64,000 bases of DNA. Origin: Smithellaceae bacterium (GTDB lineage Bacteria > Desulfobacterota > Syntrophia > Syntrophales > Smithellaceae). Shown here piece after piece: positions 11,395 to 22,040 of the stretch. A program made the translations under genes and the position numbers. Numbering within the stretch: position 1 is the stretch's first letter; each line of letters begins with the position of its first letter. The notes below the pieces were generated by a model that saw nothing but the letters and a program-made list of their open reading frames with translations, had not been told where the DNA came from and searched no databases. The DNA is taken from assembly GCA_963682105.1 (NCBI GenBank), contig OY821638.1, positions 570,801 through 634,800 of the forward strand. Reading direction: 5' to 3'.

Positions 11395-11451
11395 TTTAGA
11401 TGAAATTATAGAAATTTCTGATAAAGAACAAAGGCAATATATAAGGAGGTA

Positions 11452-11814
11452 ATGAAATTGATTTCAACAGCATTTGCAATGGGCGGCAAACAGGGAGCGC
11501 CTGCGCAGGGGGCCGGCGGCTTCGGCGACTGGAGCTTCATCATCATGATGGTGGTCATCTTTGTTATTTTCTATTTCCTGATGATCCGTCCTCAACAAAA
11601 AAAGCAAAAAGAAGTCAAATCCATGCTGGATAACCTGGCTTATGGCGACACGGTTATGACATCCGGCGGAATTCACGGCAAAGTAACGGGCATCGCCGAC
11701 GCAGTCGTCACTCTGGAAATTGCCGACAAAGTCAGAATTAAAATCGCAAGGAGCGCGATTGCAGCCGTTATACAAAAATCAGGCGCGCCGGCTCCGTCAT
11801 CTGCGACGAAGTAA
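11452..11814 (+). CDS. yajC: Preprotein translocase subunit YajC
   Basis: 120 aa with a single TM helix followed by MIRPQQKKQKE and GGIHGKV motifs, in the conserved tgt-yajC-secDF order. The start may be the in-frame TTG at 11458. Confidence 0.85.
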   Translation: MKLISTAFAMGGKQGAPAQGAGGFGDWSFIIMMVVIFVIFYFLMIRPQQKKQKEVKSMLDNLAYGDTVMTSGGIHGKVTGIADAVVTLEIADKVRIKIARSAIAAVIQKSGAPAPSSATK

Positions 11815-11838
11815 CAAGTTTAAGGAAAGGGGCATTTC

Positions 11839-13440
11839 ATGTTCAAATCTCTTAAGCTCAGGGGAGCTATTACCGTTGTTGTTTGTCTTGTTGCTTTATA
11901 CTTTTTAGTGCCGACTTTTGTTGACAATATTCCATCCCCCTGGAATCAATATCTGGCCAAGGAAAAAATCCATCTGGGACTGGATTTGCAAGGCGGCATG
12001 CACCTTGTTCTTGAAATCGACACCGATAAAGCTTTGGAAACCATGATGGAACGGTCAGCCAATGATTTAAAAGAATCGCTGATGGACAGCAAAGTCCGTT
12101 TCCGGAATGTGGAAAAAGCTAAGGGCGCCACCATATCACTGGAATTAACGGATTCGGCGGGTAAAAGCGCTCTGGAAAAGGTTCTCAAGGACCATTTTCC
12201 CGATCTGGAAATCGCCTCTTCCAATCCCCGCGAAGGCGGACAACTTGTTTTACTGAAAGTGAATGATAAAAGAGCGGTTGATCTGAAAAAACTGACCGTC
12301 GAACACTCCCTGGAAACCATCCGGAATCGTGTTGATCAATTCGGTATTGCCGAACCCGAAATCATTCCGGAAGGAGATAACCGCATCATGGTTCAGCTCC
12401 CCGGCGTTAAAGATCCCGAAAGAGCCAAAAATCTGATCGGGAAAACGGCGCTTCTGGAATTCAAACTCGTCGATGAGGAAAATTCTACGGATGAAGCGCT
12501 GCGCGGTAAAGTGCCGGAAGGCTCCATCATTGCCTACGGTCTGCGTGAAGACCGCTCCAGCGGACAAAAAGGGCAGGTTCCTTATTTACTGAAGAACAAA
12601 ACCCTTTTAACCGGCGCGTCGCTTGAAACCGCCAAGGTTCAGATTTCCGACCGTTTCGGCGAACCCAACGTATCCATCAAATTTAACTCACAGGGTGCGG
12701 CGGATTTCGACCGCATCACCAATGAAAATGTCCGCAAACGTCTGGCCATCGTGCTCGACGGCGTGGTCCATTCCGCGCCGGTCATCCAGGAACGCATTTC
12801 CGGCGGTCAGGCACAGATCACCGGTAATTTCAGCATGGATGAAGCCCGCGATCTGGCGATTGTTCTGCGCGCCGGCGCTCTGCCCGCTCCGGTCAATATT
12901 CTGGAAGAAAGAACCGTCGGTCCTTCCCTGGGAAGCGACTCCATCCGCCAGGGCATTATGGCAACTCTCATCGGTTCGCTTCTGGTCATTGTTTTCATGC
13001 TTATTTATTACCGGCTTTCCGGCGCCGTTGCCGATCTGGCCTTGATCATCAACATCTTCCTGGTGCTGGGCATTCTGGCGGCGCTCCGGGCGACACTCAC
13101 CCTTCCCGGCATTGCGGGACTTCTGCTCACCGTCGGTGTGGCGGTCGACGCCAACATTCTGATCTTTGAAAGAATCCGGGAAGAACTGCGTACGGGAAAA
13201 ACCATCCGTCTGGCTCTGGACACGGGGTATAACCGCGCCTTTCTGACCATTATCGATACGCACATTACAGGTATTGTGGCTTCCGCTCTCCTGGTCATCT
13301 TCGGAACAGGCCCGATTAAAGGATTCGCGGTTACAACCATTATCGGATTGCTGGCCAGTCTGTTCACCGCCATATTCGTCACACGGGTCATTTTCGATTA
13401 TGTAACCTGGAACTACAATATTAAAAAATTGAGTATCTAA
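11839..13440 (+). CDS. secD: Protein translocase subunit SecD
   Basis: 533 aa with an LGLDLQGG motif, a large periplasmic domain and a C-terminal 6-TM bundle. Confidence 0.93.
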   Translation: MFKSLKLRGAITVVVCLVALYFLVPTFVDNIPSPWNQYLAKEKIHLGLDLQGGMHLVLEIDTDKALETMMERSANDLKESLMDSKVRFRNVEKAKGATISLELTDSAGKSALEKVLKDHFPDLEIASSNPREGGQLVLLKVNDKRAVDLKKLTVEHSLETIRNRVDQFGIAEPEIIPEGDNRIMVQLPGVKDPERAKNLIGKTALLEFKLVDEENSTDEALRGKVPEGSIIAYGLREDRSSGQKGQVPYLLKNKTLLTGASLETAKVQISDRFGEPNVSIKFNSQGAADFDRITNENVRKRLAIVLDGVVHSAPVIQERISGGQAQITGNFSMDEARDLAIVLRAGALPAPVNILEERTVGPSLGSDSIRQGIMATLIGSLLVIVFMLIYYRLSGAVADLALIINIFLVLGILAALRATLTLPGIAGLLLTVGVAVDANILIFERIREELRTGKTIRLALDTGYNRAFLTIIDTHITGIVASALLVIFGTGPIKGFAVTTIIGLLASLFTAIFVTRVIFDYVTWNYNIKKLSI

Positions 13441-13467
13441 AACACAGACGCATTCAGGAGACATCAT

Positions 13468-14376
13468 ATGGAGTTGATAAAACCAGGCATTAACTTGGAT
13501 TTCGTTGGAAAAATAAAATATGCGATTATATTTTCAGCCGCTCTGATCTTGATTGGAATCGGCTCGGTTATCTTTCATGGCGGGTTGAATCCCGGCATCG
13601 ATTTCGCGGGCGGTTCGGTCATCCAGGTCAAATTCACAAAAAATGTTACGGCCGATTCAATTCGGACGGCGCTGAAATCCACCAAGCTGGAAAACAGCAC
13701 GATTCAACAATTCGGAGCCAATGAATTTTTGATCCGAACGCATGAAACCTTTTCCGATCAAAAGATACTGGCCGCCAATGTGGGACAGCCTCTGTCGGCC
13801 ACTTTCAGCAAAGATTTTGAGATCCGTCGCGTTGAAGTCGTCGGTTCCAAAGTCGGCGCGGACTTTAAACGTAAAGCCGTCCTGGCCGTCATTCTTTCCT
13901 GGCTGGCGATGCTGATCTATGTCGGCTGGCGTTTTGAATTCCGGTATGCGTTAGGCGGCATTGTAGCCCTGGTGCACGACGTCACCATTACGATTGGAGT
14001 CGTTTCCATCATGAATATGGAATTTACGATTTCCATTCTCGCGGCGCTGATATTTATTATTGGTTTTTCCATCAACGACACCATCGTTGTGCTCGACCGC
14101 ATCCGTGAAAATGTCAAGCTCAACCCCAAACAGAAACTCGGCGACATTATCAATTTGAGCATTAACCAGACTTTAAGCAGAACCATTCTGACGTCTATGA
14201 CAGTCTTCCTGACGGTTCTGGCCCTGTACATATTCGGCGGAGCGGTCATTCGTGACTTTGCTTTTGCCCTGCTGGTCGGTGTCGTAATCGGCACCTATTC
14301 GTCCATCTACATCGCATGCACCATCGTGCTGCTTTTTGAAAATATCAGACTTTCAAAAATGAAGAAGGCGAAATAA
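13468..14376 (+). CDS. secF: Protein translocase subunit SecF
   Basis: 302 aa with a GIDFAGGS motif and a C-terminal RND-like TM bundle. It follows secD. Confidence 0.93.
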   Translation: MELIKPGINLDFVGKIKYAIIFSAALILIGIGSVIFHGGLNPGIDFAGGSVIQVKFTKNVTADSIRTALKSTKLENSTIQQFGANEFLIRTHETFSDQKILAANVGQPLSATFSKDFEIRRVEVVGSKVGADFKRKAVLAVILSWLAMLIYVGWRFEFRYALGGIVALVHDVTITIGVVSIMNMEFTISILAALIFIIGFSINDTIVVLDRIRENVKLNPKQKLGDIINLSINQTLSRTILTSMTVFLTVLALYIFGGAVIRDFAFALLVGVVIGTYSSIYIACTIVLLFENIRLSKMKKAK

Positions 14377-14378
14377 AA

Positions 14379-14891
14379 TTGTCATCCCTGGCGTCGGCTG
14401 GATTTTCCGTTTTTATCCTGATCATGTTTCTGGGTATCTACTTGAGCGTTTTAGGATTACCCGGAGCAATGCTCATCTTTTTCGACGTTCTGATTTACGC
14501 AACAGCGACCGGCTTTGTACAAGTCGGTTGGAAACTTCTTTTGTTTCTACTGATCTTTGCCATTCTTGCCGAAGCAATAGACGTCTTCTCAGGAATGACC
14601 CGGGCCTATAAACCATCCGTCATAAAAAAAACATTATGGGGCACTGCCCTGGGAGCTTTGGCGGGATCGCTGATCCTTACGCCGTTTTTATGGGGACTCG
14701 GTTCCTGGACGGGTTTTTTCCTGGGTGGTTTAGCGGGTTTCGCCGTGACGGAACTGATGCGTCTTTCCAAAATTAAAGGTCCCAGCCCTGCCGGCAATGC
14801 AACATTTATGGCGATGATCGGAACAAAAATGCTTAAAGGGTTACTGACGATCATCATGATCTTTGTTTCCTTATCCAATATCTACTCATAG
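14379..14891 (+). CDS. DUF456-like integral membrane protein
   Basis: TTG start 2 nt after the secF stop. 170 aa, hydrophobic with Gly-rich TM helices. Confidence 0.6.
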   Translation: MSSLASAGFSVFILIMFLGIYLSVLGLPGAMLIFFDVLIYATATGFVQVGWKLLLFLLIFAILAEAIDVFSGMTRAYKPSVIKKTLWGTALGALAGSLILTPFLWGLGSWTGFFLGGLAGFAVTELMRLSKIKGPSPAGNATFMAMIGTKMLKGLLTIIMIFVSLSNIYS

Positions 14892-14908
14892 GAGTTCATG
14901 AGAAAACC

Positions 14909-15595
14909 ATGAAAGAGGACAAGTCTAAGGACAAAGAAGATAAAAAAGAGAAATCGGAAACCGAGGAGGCTTCTGAGGCGAAATCAAAAGTTCAGGAATA
15001 CATTGAAGCGATTATCATCGCTATTTTAATCGCCGTCGTCGTCCGGACTTTTGTCATCCAGGCATATAAAATACCTTCCCGGTCGATGGCGCCCACGCTT
15101 CTGGTGGGTGATCATCTTCTGGTCAATAAATTCACCTACGGCGTTAAAATTCCGATTATTCGAAAAACGCTGATCTCTGTTTCTGAACCGAAGCGCGGAG
15201 ATATTGTTGTTTTTGAATACCCTCAGGACAGGTCCAAGGATTATATCAAACGCGTCATCGGAGTGGGCGGAGACAAGATAGAAATCAAAAATAAAGAAAT
15301 CTTCATCAACGACAAACCTTACAAAGACACCTTCGGTATATACAGCGACAGCACGGTTTATCCGGCCATTGTGCAACCCCGGGATAATCTGGCCCCGATT
15401 ACCGTTCCCAAAGGATCTCTTTTCGTTATGGGAGATAATCGCGATGAAAGCTATGACAGCCGTTTCTGGGGTTTTGTCGATCTCACTGACCTGGAAGGAA
15501 AAGCGCTGATTATTTACTGGTCATGGAATTCTGAACCGCAGGATAATCCTTTCAATAAAATCCGCTGGGAACGATTGGGTCATCTGCTTCGTTAA
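14909..15595 (+). CDS. lepB: Signal peptidase I
   Basis: 228 aa with the catalytic Ser box IPSRSMAPTL, the Lys box YIKRVIGVGGD, and the GDNRDESYDSRFWG box. Confidence 0.9.
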   Translation: MKEDKSKDKEDKKEKSETEEASEAKSKVQEYIEAIIIAILIAVVVRTFVIQAYKIPSRSMAPTLLVGDHLLVNKFTYGVKIPIIRKTLISVSEPKRGDIVVFEYPQDRSKDYIKRVIGVGGDKIEIKNKEIFINDKPYKDTFGIYSDSTVYPAIVQPRDNLAPITVPKGSLFVMGDNRDESYDSRFWGFVDLTDLEGKALIIYWSWNSEPQDNPFNKIRWERLGHLLR

Positions 15596-15603
15596 TCCTG
15601 GAA

Positions 15604-16866
15604 TTAATTGAAGAGAGCCGCCACGACCATAGCCAGGGATAACCCGATTAAAATTATGACGGTAGACCATGAAATGATATTCATCAACTTGCTGTTGACA
15701 TACTCTCCCATGATGCGCTTGTCATTGATTAAAAGCAACATGAAGATCAGGACAAAGGGCAGCAAAATTCCGTTGATTACCTGAGAATAATACATGATGG
15801 CGATTAGCGGCACATTGGGCAACAGGATAACGCCCGCCCCCAGGAAAATCATAAATGAATAAAGCCCGTAAAACTGCGGCGCTTCCAAAAATTTGGTATT
15901 CAAACTCGATTCCCATCCGAAAGCTTCGCAAATCGTGTAGGCCGTAGACAAAGGCAGTATCGAGGCGGCGAAAAGCGATGCGTTGAGTAAACCAAATGCA
16001 AAAAGCCACGATGCATAAGTTCCGGCCAGCGGCGCCAGAGCAATGGCCGCATCTTTAGCCGTTTCAATTTTTAAGCTGTTCTGAAACAACGTGACGGCGC
16101 AAAGCATAATAATGAAGAAGGCGACGATATTGACGGTAATGGACCCGAAAATGACATCCATCCGGGCGTATTTATAGCTTTCCGCTTTCAGACCTTTATC
16201 CACGATGGATGACTGCAGATAAAACTGCATCCATGGAGCAATCGTGGTTCCGATGATACCAATGGCCATCGTCAGCATGCCCGAATCAAATTTAAGCTCC
16301 GGTGTGATAACCGCTGTTTTAATCTCAGACCAGTTCGGATGAACCAGAAAACCTGAAATAATATAGGAAAAATAAAATACACAGGCTACCAGAAAGGCTT
16401 TCTCAACGGACTTGTAGTTTCCCTTCACAACAAGCCACCAGACAAAAAATGCGCCGGCAGGCACTGAAATATATTTACTGACCCCGAAAATCTCCATGCT
16501 GGCGGCGATGCCGGCAAATTCACACAGCGTATTTCCGATGTTGGCGATAAACAAAACAATCATCAGATAGAAAGTAATTTTCGCTCCGAACCGTTCACGG
16601 ATCAAATCGGAAAGGCCCTTGCCGGAAACAACCCCCATCCGGGCGCACATTTCCTGAATAAGGATCAGGGCTGCCGTAACCGGAATCAATATCCAGATCA
16701 GGCTCAGACCGTATTGGGCGCCGGCCAGGGAGTAAGTGGTAATGCCGCCCGCGTCATTGTCGACATTAGACGTGATAATCCCCGGACCGATAAAGGCAAA
16801 AAAGAGCCCCAGTTTCCACAAACCGGTCTGTAATGATTTTTTCCAAAGGAATTTAATTTTTTCCAT
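15604..16866 (-). CDS. NRAMP/SLC11-family transporter with non-canonical (NRMT-like, putative Mg2+) binding-site residues
   Basis: 420 aa with about 11 TM helices. TM1 reads DNDAGG (nt 16744-16755 encode DAGG) where canonical MntH has DPGN. TM6 reads GTTIAPW (16231-16251) where canonical proteins have GAxxMPH. Confidence 0.85.
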   Translation of the reverse strand: MEKIKFLWKKSLQTGLWKLGLFFAFIGPGIITSNVDNDAGGITTYSLAGAQYGLSLIWILIPVTAALILIQEMCARMGVVSGKGLSDLIRERFGAKITFYLMIVLFIANIGNTLCEFAGIAASMEIFGVSKYISVPAGAFFVWWLVVKGNYKSVEKAFLVACVFYFSYIISGFLVHPNWSEIKTAVITPELKFDSGMLTMAIGIIGTTIAPWMQFYLQSSIVDKGLKAESYKYARMDVIFGSITVNIVAFFIIMLCAVTLFQNSLKIETAKDAAIALAPLAGTYASWLFAFGLLNASLFAASILPLSTAYTICEAFGWESSLNTKFLEAPQFYGLYSFMIFLGAGVILLPNVPLIAIMYYSQVINGILLPFVLIFMLLLINDKRIMGEYVNSKLMNIISWSTVIILIGLSLAMVVAALFN

Positions 16867-16893
16867 AATTCCGTTTCCGGCTCAACAGGAACA

Positions 16894-18156
16894 TCATTTG
16901 CCCAATTGAGGCGCCACAATATCCAGCAGATTTTTGAAAATAATTGCGCCCTGGATATGATCCTGATCATCGACCACCGGCATGGCGGTTAAAGCATACT
17001 TGGCAAACTGATCGGCAATCGTGTCCGCCTTATCATCGAGTTTGACGGACACCACCCGCTCATCCATGATGTCTTCCATCCGTTTATCCGCATCAGCCAG
17101 GATCAAATCGCGCAGGCTGACAACCCCCAGCAGACGTTCTTCTTCGTCCGTTACATAAACATAATGAACCCAATCCACATCGGCAGCCTCCTGCCGGAAT
17201 TTTTCCAGCGCTTCCGAAACCTTCATCGACGGCCTGAAGCTTAAAAAAGACGTGGTCATCATACCGCCGGCTTCCTGCTCAGGGTGAGAAAGCAGTTCCT
17301 TCACATCGTCGGCGATGTCTTTTTCCATTTCTTTCAGAATGCCTTCAGCTTTGGCTTTGGGCAAATCCCCGATCAGGTCGGCGGCCTCCGACAGGGACAT
17401 CTCTTCGATAATATCCGAAGCTTTTTCCGAATTGAGATCGGTAATCAAACTGACCTGAACTTTCGGATCCGTTTCTTCAAGGGTTTCAGCAGCCGTTTCT
17501 ACATCGAGCGACTGGAATAAAGCCGAACGTTGTTTGATATCCAGATCTTCCAGAATATCGGCAAGGTCTGCCGGATGGAGTTGGCCGAGTCTGTTCTGCG
17601 CGATATTCAACCGAAGGAGATCCGGTGAACTTAAAGGCTGAGTACATTTCCACGAAATGAGCTGATTAGGCAGCGTATAGTCAAACAATCCCTGCACAAC
17701 GGCGTCAAATACGCGCGTCAGCCCAACGCGGCGGATCAGCCCTCTAAAACCGACATCCACATGAACCAGATGTAAACCGCGCCGTGTCTTTAAAAACTGC
17801 AGGTCGTTCACTCGGCGTATTTTAGCGCCGTGCGTGTCGACCACCTGTTTATCCATCAGCGCCTCCTTGAGAAGCAAATCCCCTTCTTTCAGACTTACTT
17901 CCGTCAGAGCGTCTCGCGACCGAATCCCAACGGTAACCTCGCCGTTTACGTAAATCACTTCACGCCACGGCAAGAAAGTCCGTTGATTCTTTTCGGCAGG
18001 TTTTAAAACAATTCCCGTAACAATCGGATAAGGCTCAACAATTTCAGCCGTTACATCACAGACGCGGCCGATGTTTTCACCCGTTTCACCGATAATTTTC
18101 TTCCCCAGGATTTCGCTTAAAAACAAAAAAACCTGAGGTTCGGGATTGATTGCCAT
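16894..18156 (-). CDS. Soluble PRC-barrel + MgtE N-domain + CBS-pair protein (MgtE cytoplasmic module without the membrane domain)
   Basis: 420 aa. It has an N-terminal PRC-barrel-like segment (ILGKKIIGETGENIGRVCDV), an MgtE_N-like acidic helical region (LHPADLADILEDLD...) and two CBS motifs. The protein ends where the MgtE TM domain would begin. A 27-nt gap separates it from the NRAMP gene. Confidence 0.8.
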   Translation of the reverse strand: MAINPEPQVFLFLSEILGKKIIGETGENIGRVCDVTAEIVEPYPIVTGIVLKPAEKNQRTFLPWREVIYVNGEVTVGIRSRDALTEVSLKEGDLLLKEALMDKQVVDTHGAKIRRVNDLQFLKTRRGLHLVHVDVGFRGLIRRVGLTRVFDAVVQGLFDYTLPNQLISWKCTQPLSSPDLLRLNIAQNRLGQLHPADLADILEDLDIKQRSALFQSLDVETAAETLEETDPKVQVSLITDLNSEKASDIIEEMSLSEAADLIGDLPKAKAEGILKEMEKDIADDVKELLSHPEQEAGGMMTTSFLSFRPSMKVSEALEKFRQEAADVDWVHYVYVTDEEERLLGVVSLRDLILADADKRMEDIMDERVVSVKLDDKADTIADQFAKYALTAMPVVDDQDHIQGAIIFKNLLDIVAPQLGK

Positions 18157-18229
18157 GATAACTGTCCTCCAGGTTGACTCTTTATATCAGTTATTTTTTT
18201 TAAACGAAAGTTTTTTTAACTTTTTTGTC

Positions 18230-18259
18230 TTGACAGGTTCGATAGCCACGTTGTAAGAA
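18230..18259 (+). promoter_or_regulatory. Candidate sigma-70 promoter of the pyr operon
   Basis: TTGACA at 18230-18235, a 17-18 nt spacer, then GTAAGA/TAAGAA at 18253-18259. Confidence 0.4.
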
Positions 18260-18271
18260 TCTCAAGATTAA

Positions 18272-18373
18272 CCCTTTTAATTTAATCCGGCGAGATTGAA
18301 AAAGGACAGCCCCATGAAAAACATCAGCATAAAGTTTATAAAGCCTTTCTCCGCAAGGGGAAAGGCTTTTTTT
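18272..18373 (+). promoter_or_regulatory. PyrR-binding leader RNA with intrinsic terminator (pyr attenuator)
   Basis: A stem-loop CCUUUU...AAUCCGGCGAGAUU...AAAAGG (18272-18304) resembles the PyrR binding-loop consensus (ARUCCAGAGAGGCU...AAGGA). It is followed by the terminator hairpin AAAGCCTTTC / GGAAAGGCTTT plus T7 at 18340-18373, directly upstream of pyrR. Confidence 0.6.
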
Positions 18374-18384
18374 ATGCCCGATGA

Positions 18385-19023
<639 letters not shown>

Positions 19024-19046
19024 TTTTATACCAATAAGGCAAACCT

Positions 19047-19976
19047 ATGATGAAACTTGGCAAAAAAGACATCCTCGGCATTCGCGACATGTCGGTGGAT
19101 GAAATCAACACGATTCTGGAAACCGCCGAATCCTTTCTGGAAATTTCAACGCGAGAAATTAAGAAGGTCCCGACGCTCCGCGGGAAAAGCGTGATCAATC
19201 TGTTTTACGAAGCCAGCACCCGCACGCGAACCTCCTTTGAAATCGCCGGTAAAAGACTCAGCGCCGACACGATCAATATTTCAGCATCGACCAGTTCCGT
19301 GGTTAAAGGCGAAACGCTGATCGACACGGCGCGCAACCTGGAAGCCATGAATCCGGACATCATCGTTATCCGGCACAGTGCGGCTGGGGCTCCGCACATC
19401 CTGGCCTCACTGCTTAAACAATCCATTATCAACGCAGGCGACGGCGCGCATGAACACCCTTCACAGGCGCTCCTGGACATGATGACCATTAGAGAAAAAA
19501 AGGGCCGCATCGCCGGTCTGAAAATCGCGCTGGTCGGCGATATTCTTCACAGCCGGGTGGCCCGATCCAATATTTACGGTCTCTCCAAGATGGGCGCCGA
19601 AGTGGTCGTAGCCGGGCCCGCCACCATGATGCCGCGAGACATTGAGCAAATGGGCGTTCGGGCCTACACAAAAATAGAAGAAGCCATTAAAGACGCCGAT
19701 GTCGTCATGATGCTGCGCATTCAGTTGGAAAGGCAGAAGCAAAACATTTTTCCCTCTCTTCGGGAATACGCCCAGCATTACTGCCTGAACAGCAGAAATC
19801 TGAAACTGGCCAAGGAAGATGCCATTGTCATGCATCCGGGCCCGACGAACCGAGGCGTTGAAATCTCACCGGATATCGCCGACGACCCGAACTGCTCGGT
19901 CATCCTGGACCAGGTGACCAACGGCGTCGCCGTCCGTATGGCGCTTTTATACCTGCTTACCGGAGGAAACGAATGA
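19047..19976 (+). CDS. pyrB: Aspartate carbamoyltransferase catalytic subunit
   Basis: 309 aa with STRTR, HPSQ and HPGP motifs. Confidence 0.93.
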   Translation: MMKLGKKDILGIRDMSVDEINTILETAESFLEISTREIKKVPTLRGKSVINLFYEASTRTRTSFEIAGKRLSADTINISASTSSVVKGETLIDTARNLEAMNPDIIVIRHSAAGAPHILASLLKQSIINAGDGAHEHPSQALLDMMTIREKKGRIAGLKIALVGDILHSRVARSNIYGLSKMGAEVVVAGPATMMPRDIEQMGVRAYTKIEEAIKDADVVMMLRIQLERQKQNIFPSLREYAQHYCLNSRNLKLAKEDAIVMHPGPTNRGVEISPDIADDPNCSVILDQVTNGVAVRMALLYLLTGGNE

Positions 19977-21262
19977 AACAATTATTGAAAGGCGCGCGGG
20001 TCATTGATCCCTCACAAAACATAGATGCTCAAATGGATCTGCTGATTGAAGACGGGAAAATTTCTGCCTGTGAAAAAAGCATTCCCGCCCCACCGGATAT
20101 CAGCGTCAGGGATCTGACCGGCCTGATCATCGCGCCCGGCCTTATCGATATGCATACACATCTGCGGGAACCGGGATATGAATATAAGGAAACCATCGCG
20201 ACCGGATCCGCTGCCGCCGTGGCCGGAGGTTTCACCTCCATTGCCTGCATGCCGAACACCGCCCCCGTCAACGACAACCGCGGCATCGCTGAATTCATCC
20301 GCCGCAAGGCCGCTGAGGCGAATCTGGCCAACGTTTATCCCATCGGGGCTATCAGTATGGGCTCCGAAGGCAAGCAGATGACGGAATTCTGGGATCTCAG
20401 AGACGCGGGGGTGATTGCGCTCTCCGATGACGGAAAACCCGTTATGGATGCGGCTCTCATGCGCAGGGCGATGGAATACGCCTATTCACTGGACCTCCCG
20501 ATCATCCAGCACTGCGAAGACAAAAACCTTTCGGGCGCCGGACTTCTGAACGAGGGCTATTTTTCGACTATCCTCGGCATGCCGGGAATTCCAGCCATTG
20601 CCGAAGACGTTATGGTGGGACGTGACATTCTGATTGCCGAATATACGCGCACCCGCATCCACATCGCCCATGTCAGCACTGAAGGCTCTGTCCGCCTGAT
20701 TCGCGATGCCAAAAAGCGCGGCGTCCGGGTCACGGCGGAAACCGCTCCGCATTATTTCACCCTGACTGATGAAACGCTCCAGGGATATGACACGAACTAT
20801 AAAGTCAGTCCGCCGCTGAGAAGCGCAACCGATGTTGCCGCCATTAAAAAAGGGCTGGCGGACGGCACGCTTGACGCCATCGCCTGCGATCATGCGCCGC
20901 ACGGACGGACGGACAAAGAAGTGGAATTTGAGTATGCCTTAAACGGCATGACCGGCCTGGAAACATCTCTGGGATTAAGCCTGAATCTGGTTTCGGAAGG
21001 CATTCTAACGTGGCCGGAACTTGTCGCCAGAATGAGCCTCCATCCAGCGCGCATTCTGAATCTGCCCAAAGGCACGCTGGCCAGGGGCGCCGATGCCGAC
21101 ATCACGGTGATCGATCCCGGTCTGTCCTGGACCGTCGATGTGAAGTCTTTTGTTTCCCGCGGCAAAAATTCACCGTTTAACGGCCGGCAGATGAAGGGGC
21201 GGGCTGTTTTAACGATCGTCGGCGGCGAGATCAAATTCGACTTGCTTGCATCAAAGTCATGA
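19973..21262 (+). CDS. pyrC: Dihydroorotase
   Basis: 429 aa with the amidohydrolase metal motif DMHTHLR, plus HVST and DHAPH. It overlaps the pyrB stop by 4 nt. Confidence 0.9.
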   Translation: MKQLLKGARVIDPSQNIDAQMDLLIEDGKISACEKSIPAPPDISVRDLTGLIIAPGLIDMHTHLREPGYEYKETIATGSAAAVAGGFTSIACMPNTAPVNDNRGIAEFIRRKAAEANLANVYPIGAISMGSEGKQMTEFWDLRDAGVIALSDDGKPVMDAALMRRAMEYAYSLDLPIIQHCEDKNLSGAGLLNEGYFSTILGMPGIPAIAEDVMVGRDILIAEYTRTRIHIAHVSTEGSVRLIRDAKKRGVRVTAETAPHYFTLTDETLQGYDTNYKVSPPLRSATDVAAIKKGLADGTLDAIACDHAPHGRTDKEVEFEYALNGMTGLETSLGLSLNLVSEGILTWPELVARMSLHPARILNLPKGTLARGADADITVIDPGLSWTVDVKSFVSRGKNSPFNGRQMKGRAVLTIVGGEIKFDLLASKS

Positions 21263-22032
21263 CCGCCAGGGAAAGCTATAAGACCGAAGGCTTCGTGCTG
21301 AAAAGCTTAAGCTACGGAGAATCTGATTTAATCGTCACGTTTTTCTGCCGCGAATACGGAAAGCTCAAGGGCATTGCCAAAGGCGCCAAAAGAAGCAAAA
21401 AAAGGTTTGCCAACGTCTTTGAACCCTTTTCGCTTTCGCGCATTATTTTCACACGCAAAAACCGCGACATGCTGGCGCTTATTGAATCCTGCGAGATTAT
21501 CGATCACTACGCTCTCATCCGTCAGGACCTGGAAAAAACGCTCACCGCATCATATTTCATCGAACTGACCGATCATTTCAGCCCGGAAGGAAAAAGCAAT
21601 GAGCAACTTTTTACGCTTCTGACCGACTTTCTTTCGCTGATGACACGCGAAAATATTTCCGACGCCATCATCCGCTTTTTTGAAATGCGCCTCTTGAAGG
21701 TTGCCGGTTTTGAACCGGCGCTGACCGCCTGTGTCCGCTGCAAAGCGCCCGTGGCTAACGGCGCGTCGTATTATTTCTTCCCGCACGAAGGCGGTATAAC
21801 CTGCGCCGCCTGCGCCCGTCCCGAGCGCTATGATCAGACGGTTTCCGCAGGTACAATCCGCACGCTTCTTCTGGGCAGGGAAATGGACCTCGAAAAAATG
21901 AAAATGGTTTGCCTGCCGGCAAGCCTCGCCGTTGAATCCCGCAACATTCTTTGCAATTTTATTGTCCATGTACTGGGCCGGGAAGTTAAATCCCTGAAAG
22001 TTCTGGAACAGGTGCGCAGATATTGTCCATGA
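21259..22032 (+). CDS. recO: DNA repair protein RecO
   Basis: 257 aa with an N-terminal OB-fold region (GFVLKSLSYGESD) and a C-terminal Cys4 zinc motif (CVRC...CAAC). Confidence 0.85.
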   Translation: MTARESYKTEGFVLKSLSYGESDLIVTFFCREYGKLKGIAKGAKRSKKRFANVFEPFSLSRIIFTRKNRDMLALIESCEIIDHYALIRQDLEKTLTASYFIELTDHFSPEGKSNEQLFTLLTDFLSLMTRENISDAIIRFFEMRLLKVAGFEPALTACVRCKAPVANGASYYFFPHEGGITCAACARPERYDQTVSAGTIRTLLLGREMDLEKMKMVCLPASLAVESRNILCNFIVHVLGREVKSLKVLEQVRRYCP

Positions 22033-22040
22033 GGTTTTTT

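Noticed and set aside
18157-18229. Mg2+ (M-box) or other riboswitch upstream of the MgtE-N/CBS - NRAMP operon
   Set aside because: Only about 70 nt of AT-rich leader is available and it shows no extended helices, which is too short for an M-box.
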